A stretch of 64,000 nt of DNA from NCBI GenBank assembly GCA_026770705.1, contig JANJGN010000029.1:28086001-28150000 (forward strand), in the 5' to 3' direction. The notes below the pieces were generated by a model. The model worked only from the letters and a program-made list of their open reading frames with translations, did no database searches and was not told where the DNA came from. A program made the position numbers and the translations under genes. Shown piece after piece: positions 60,515 to 64,000 of the stretch. The DNA is from Isurus oxyrinchus. Taxonomy: Eukaryota. The number at the start of each line of letters is the position of its first letter. Position 1 is the stretch's first letter.

Positions 60515-61210
60515 TCATTTACTTTTGGGCTATGGGTGTCATGGCAAGACCAGCATTTATTGCCCATCCCTAATTTCCCTTGAGAAGATGATGAAGACTG
60601 TTTTCTTGAACCGCTATAGTCCATCTGGTGTAGTTACACCCAAAGTGCTGTTAAGTAGCTAAGAACCCAAGGTTCTGACCTACAATGATGAAGGAATGGT
60701 GATTTATTTCCAAGTTCATATGGTGTATGATTTGGAGGGAAACTTGCAGGTGGTGGTGTTCCCAAGTGTCTGCTGCCCTTGTTTTTTCTAGGTAGTAGAG
60801 GTGGGTTGGAAGGTGCTCTCAGACGAACCTTGGCAAGCTGCAGCAGTGATTTTGTAAATGGTACACACTGCAGCCATTGTGTGCTAATGCTGGGGGAAGT
60901 GAATGTTTATGTTGGTGGATGGGATGCTGATCAATCAGACAGCTTTGTTTTGGATGGTGTTCAGATTCTTGAGTGTTGTTGGAGCTGCATTCATCCAGGT
61001 AAGTATTCCATCACACGCCTGGCTTGTGCCTTGTAGATGGTGGACAGGTTTTGGGGATTCAGGAGATGGATTACTTGTCACAGAATACCCAGCCCCTGAC
61101 CTTCTCTTGGAGCCACAGCATTTGTGTAGTTGGTCCAGTTCAGTTTCTGGTCAATGGTAACTCCTAGGATGATGATGATGATGATGATGGTAGGAGATTC
61201 AGCAATGGTA
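60515..61210 (-). mobile_element. Crack/L2-like LINE 3' fragment
   Basis: LGVTIDQKLNW and family tail. Confidence 0.75.
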
Positions 61211-62504
61211 AAGATAGTAGGGACAAAATACACGCAAGTTGTAGTGATGGAAAAGGGCACTTCATTTTTACCCAGAAAGAAGGATTGAAATGTGCCAGTT
61301 TTCTTTATCCATGCTTACTGTTTGGTTTTGTAAACTGAACTACAGCCTTATTGTATTTTCTATCCGTGTGCTGACAAAAAAGAAAATTACACACAAATCA
61401 TAACAGAAGAAAGTTGTTTGGCCCATTCAGTTTGTGTTAGCAATTATCCTTCCCATGAGCAGCAATTCTGATAACCTGTGCCCACCCGGTTCCCCTGACA
61501 CTTTAACACACTTCACTTTCTTGCTTCAATCACTAACTCTGTTACTGCGTTCCATGACCTCAGGGCCCCCTGTGTAATAATGTTTTCCTGATCTATGTCC
61601 TAAATCTCTTACATTGAATCTTATATACGTGTCTCTTGGTTCTTGGTTAAAAGCAGTGGGAAAAGTCTGTTTCTATCTATGCAGTCCCATCACTTCTTAA
61701 CCTCTATCAAATGATCCTTAAGCTTCTCTGATCCAACAAAAACTGACTCTGTGGTTTATTGCCAAGGAGACTATTATCAGGACGCTCCAAAAAAAAGACA
61801 CCAATGGGACTAAGAAATTATTTGGACTTTAACTAAGATTTGTTGAAAAAAGTGCACAAATATAATGCAATTTAATAATCGGAGATCCAGTATGCCTGGA
61901 ACATTAAACCTTTACATTACATCTCCATTACATTTTACATATTTTTAAAATTTGCTTTTACATAAATTTATTTAAAATGCATCTTTTATGCACCTGAAAT
62001 TAAGGGTTATGGGGAGTGTACAGGAAAATGGAGTTGAAGCCCTTGATCAGCCATGATCGAATTGAATGGCAGAGCAGGCTCGATGGGCCATGTGGTCTAC
62101 TCCTGCTCCAATTTTTTGTGCTCTTGTGATAAAACAGTTGTATCACAACATTCTTGCTAATGATGCTGCAGGGTGATTAGAAATCACTGGTGCCTATTGC
62201 GATGGTAAATACTGAGATGTTCAAATCCCAAAGGGAAACTTGAAACAACTGCCACAATTTGTTTTGCAATTTGTATAAATTTCAAGATACATGCCATGAA
62301 TGCAAATTCCCATTATTTCATAATGTCTTTGGACTTTATCTTCCTAATAAAAACCTCTCATAGCGCTAAGTTTTACCAGTAATCTTTGGGACAAATAAAC
62401 AGTGTTTCTAAACTTCACCTGGCTAGGTGACACATTTCATTCCCCCTCTTAAAAACAACCTAGATGGGTTTATTTAAAAGTGCAAATGTTTCATTGACAC
62501 CTGT

Positions 62505-63135
62505 AGGCAGAACATTGTGCTCGTCGGGCGGGCATGCACCCAACCTGAACAAATGTAAAATGACACGCGTTGATGTTGGGTGAGCATCCCAACATCATTG
62601 CACACTTGCACGATATTTCAGTTGGCGGGCACACACGGGAGTTTGCAGCATGCCACTGATAATTAACAGTCCTATTAAGGCCATTAAAGTAATAATTAAG
62701 TTCAATTTTTCACTGCCCATCCCACCTTACGATTGTTGGGCAGGCGAAAAGGCCAAGCGGCCTTTGGATTTTTTAGAAAACCTCATTCACGGGCAGGATG
62801 ATGTTTCCAAAAGCAAATAAAAATTAAATAAAAATGTTTAAATTTTATTCATAACGTGTCATTGCTCATGTGACAGAGTCACATGTGACATGTTTTAAAA
62901 ATTTTTTTAAATCTTTCTTTTTTACTTTCAAAAATCTTCATCTCCCTAAGGCAGCTCTGTGCCTCAGGGAGCTTTTCCTTTGCCGCCTGTGCCTATGTGT
63001 GAACCTCCACGCTCACCCACCTCCCCGCCCCCACAGGCATATCGTGGTCGGGTCCCAATCACAGATGGCAGTCACTTTTGTGGCCATTCTTGGGCCCACC
63101 CACCACACCCACCTGATGAGGGCAAAATTCTGCCC
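62505..63135. mobile_element. Harbinger-type MITE (same family, opposite orientation to 59645)
   Basis: Termini AGGCAGAA.../AAAATTCTGCCC; internal similarity. Confidence 0.72.
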
Positions 63136-63237
63136 TATGTTTCTAAATTTTCCCATGTTTACCTAATTAACATTTCAAACCTAACTTCTCTTCTTACATC
63201 AAAGCACCCAAACTAGCTGCCTCTAATTCAATTAACT

Positions 63238-63239
<2 letters not shown>

Positions 63240-63283
<44 letters not shown>
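63240..63283. repeat. (CA)n microsatellite
   Basis: Direct read. Confidence 0.95.
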
Positions 63284-63288
<5 letters not shown>

Positions 63289-63291
63289 ATA

Positions 63292-64000
63292 GGGCACGAT
63301 TTTACCGTCAGCGAGTGGGGACAGAGCCCGCTCGCTGATGTGTAAAATGACACATGGTGATGTCGGGCAGAATTCCCGATGTCACTGCGCCCCATTTAAA
63401 TCTTCTGGAAGGCGGGGCCGCAGCAAAATCAGCTGCGCGCCCGCCGACCTGTTTGAGGCCATTGACAGATCAATTAAAATAATTAGTGGACCTGCCTGTC
63501 CAACCTTAATAATAATAATAATAGTTCTGTCGAAGGGTCATGAGGACTCGACAGGTCAACTCTTTTCTTCTCCGCCGATGCTGCCAGACCTGCTGAGTTT
63601 TTCCAGGTAATTCTGTTTTTGTTCTGTCCAACCTTAAGTTTGGCAGTCAGACCGGGAGCCCCGGGGGCAACTAGAAAAAACATGACACCTCACCCACAGG
63701 CGGGATGAGGTTTCATGTAGGCTTTAAAAATGTTTAACAGAGATTGTGTAAAAATTATGGACACATCCCAACTCATCTGACATTGTCACATGAGGGAACA
63801 TGTAAGGGAAATTTTATTTTCCTCCTTTTATCTTTTTTACACATAGGGCCGATCTCCTTGAGGCCGCACTCAGCCTTAGGGAGATGAATGCGCTCTTTTG
63901 TGCGTATGGGTGAAAGAGCGCACTCTCGATTTTAGGCATAGCGCTTCCCTGCAGACGTCATGCTGGGCGGCTTTAGTTGGCCCACCACATAAAATGTCAC
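63292..64000. mobile_element. Harbinger-type MITE, runs off the window
   Basis: GGGCACGATTTT terminus; similar to the reverse complement of 59645-60329. Confidence 0.72.
63510..63623 (+). mobile_element. Short Penelope hammerhead plus tail insertion
   Basis: 14-bp TSD CTGTCCAACCTTAA (63496-63509 and 63624-63637); (TAA)n filler; hammerhead 63523-63561 with mutated GAAAC; inside a MITE. Confidence 0.88.

Overview
Vertebrate genomic DNA. The repeat content (HER1/CR1-type LINEs, a Deu-core SINE, Penelope elements, Harbingers) points to a cartilaginous fish, probably a shark; the species is not determined. One host gene is supported: an 8-exon, minus-strand ICAM-family adhesion receptor (CDS 56665->23301, 661 aa: signal peptide, six Ig domains, TM, tail; all introns phase 1 and GT-AG). 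Its proximal promoter has a GAS palindrome and tandem kappaB-like sites. Most of the rest is transposon debris: CR1, RTE and Crack/L2-like LINEs, a decayed Gypsy with both LTRs and a 5-bp TSD, Harbingers and MITEs, and SINEs. The most striking system is a young Penelope-like (RT + GIY-YIG) family carrying a minimal hammerhead ribozyme with a fixed non-canonical core (CUGUCGA). It occurs as five insertions with 10-14 bp TSDs: a 6.2-kb tandem plus inverted composite, a 290-bp near-perfect ribozyme palindrome 29 nt from an ICAM splice donor, and three ~100-115 bp ribozyme-only inserts. In both double inserts two element 3' ends face outward, which suggests priming on both target strands. All coordinates and alignments were read by eye; no searches were run.
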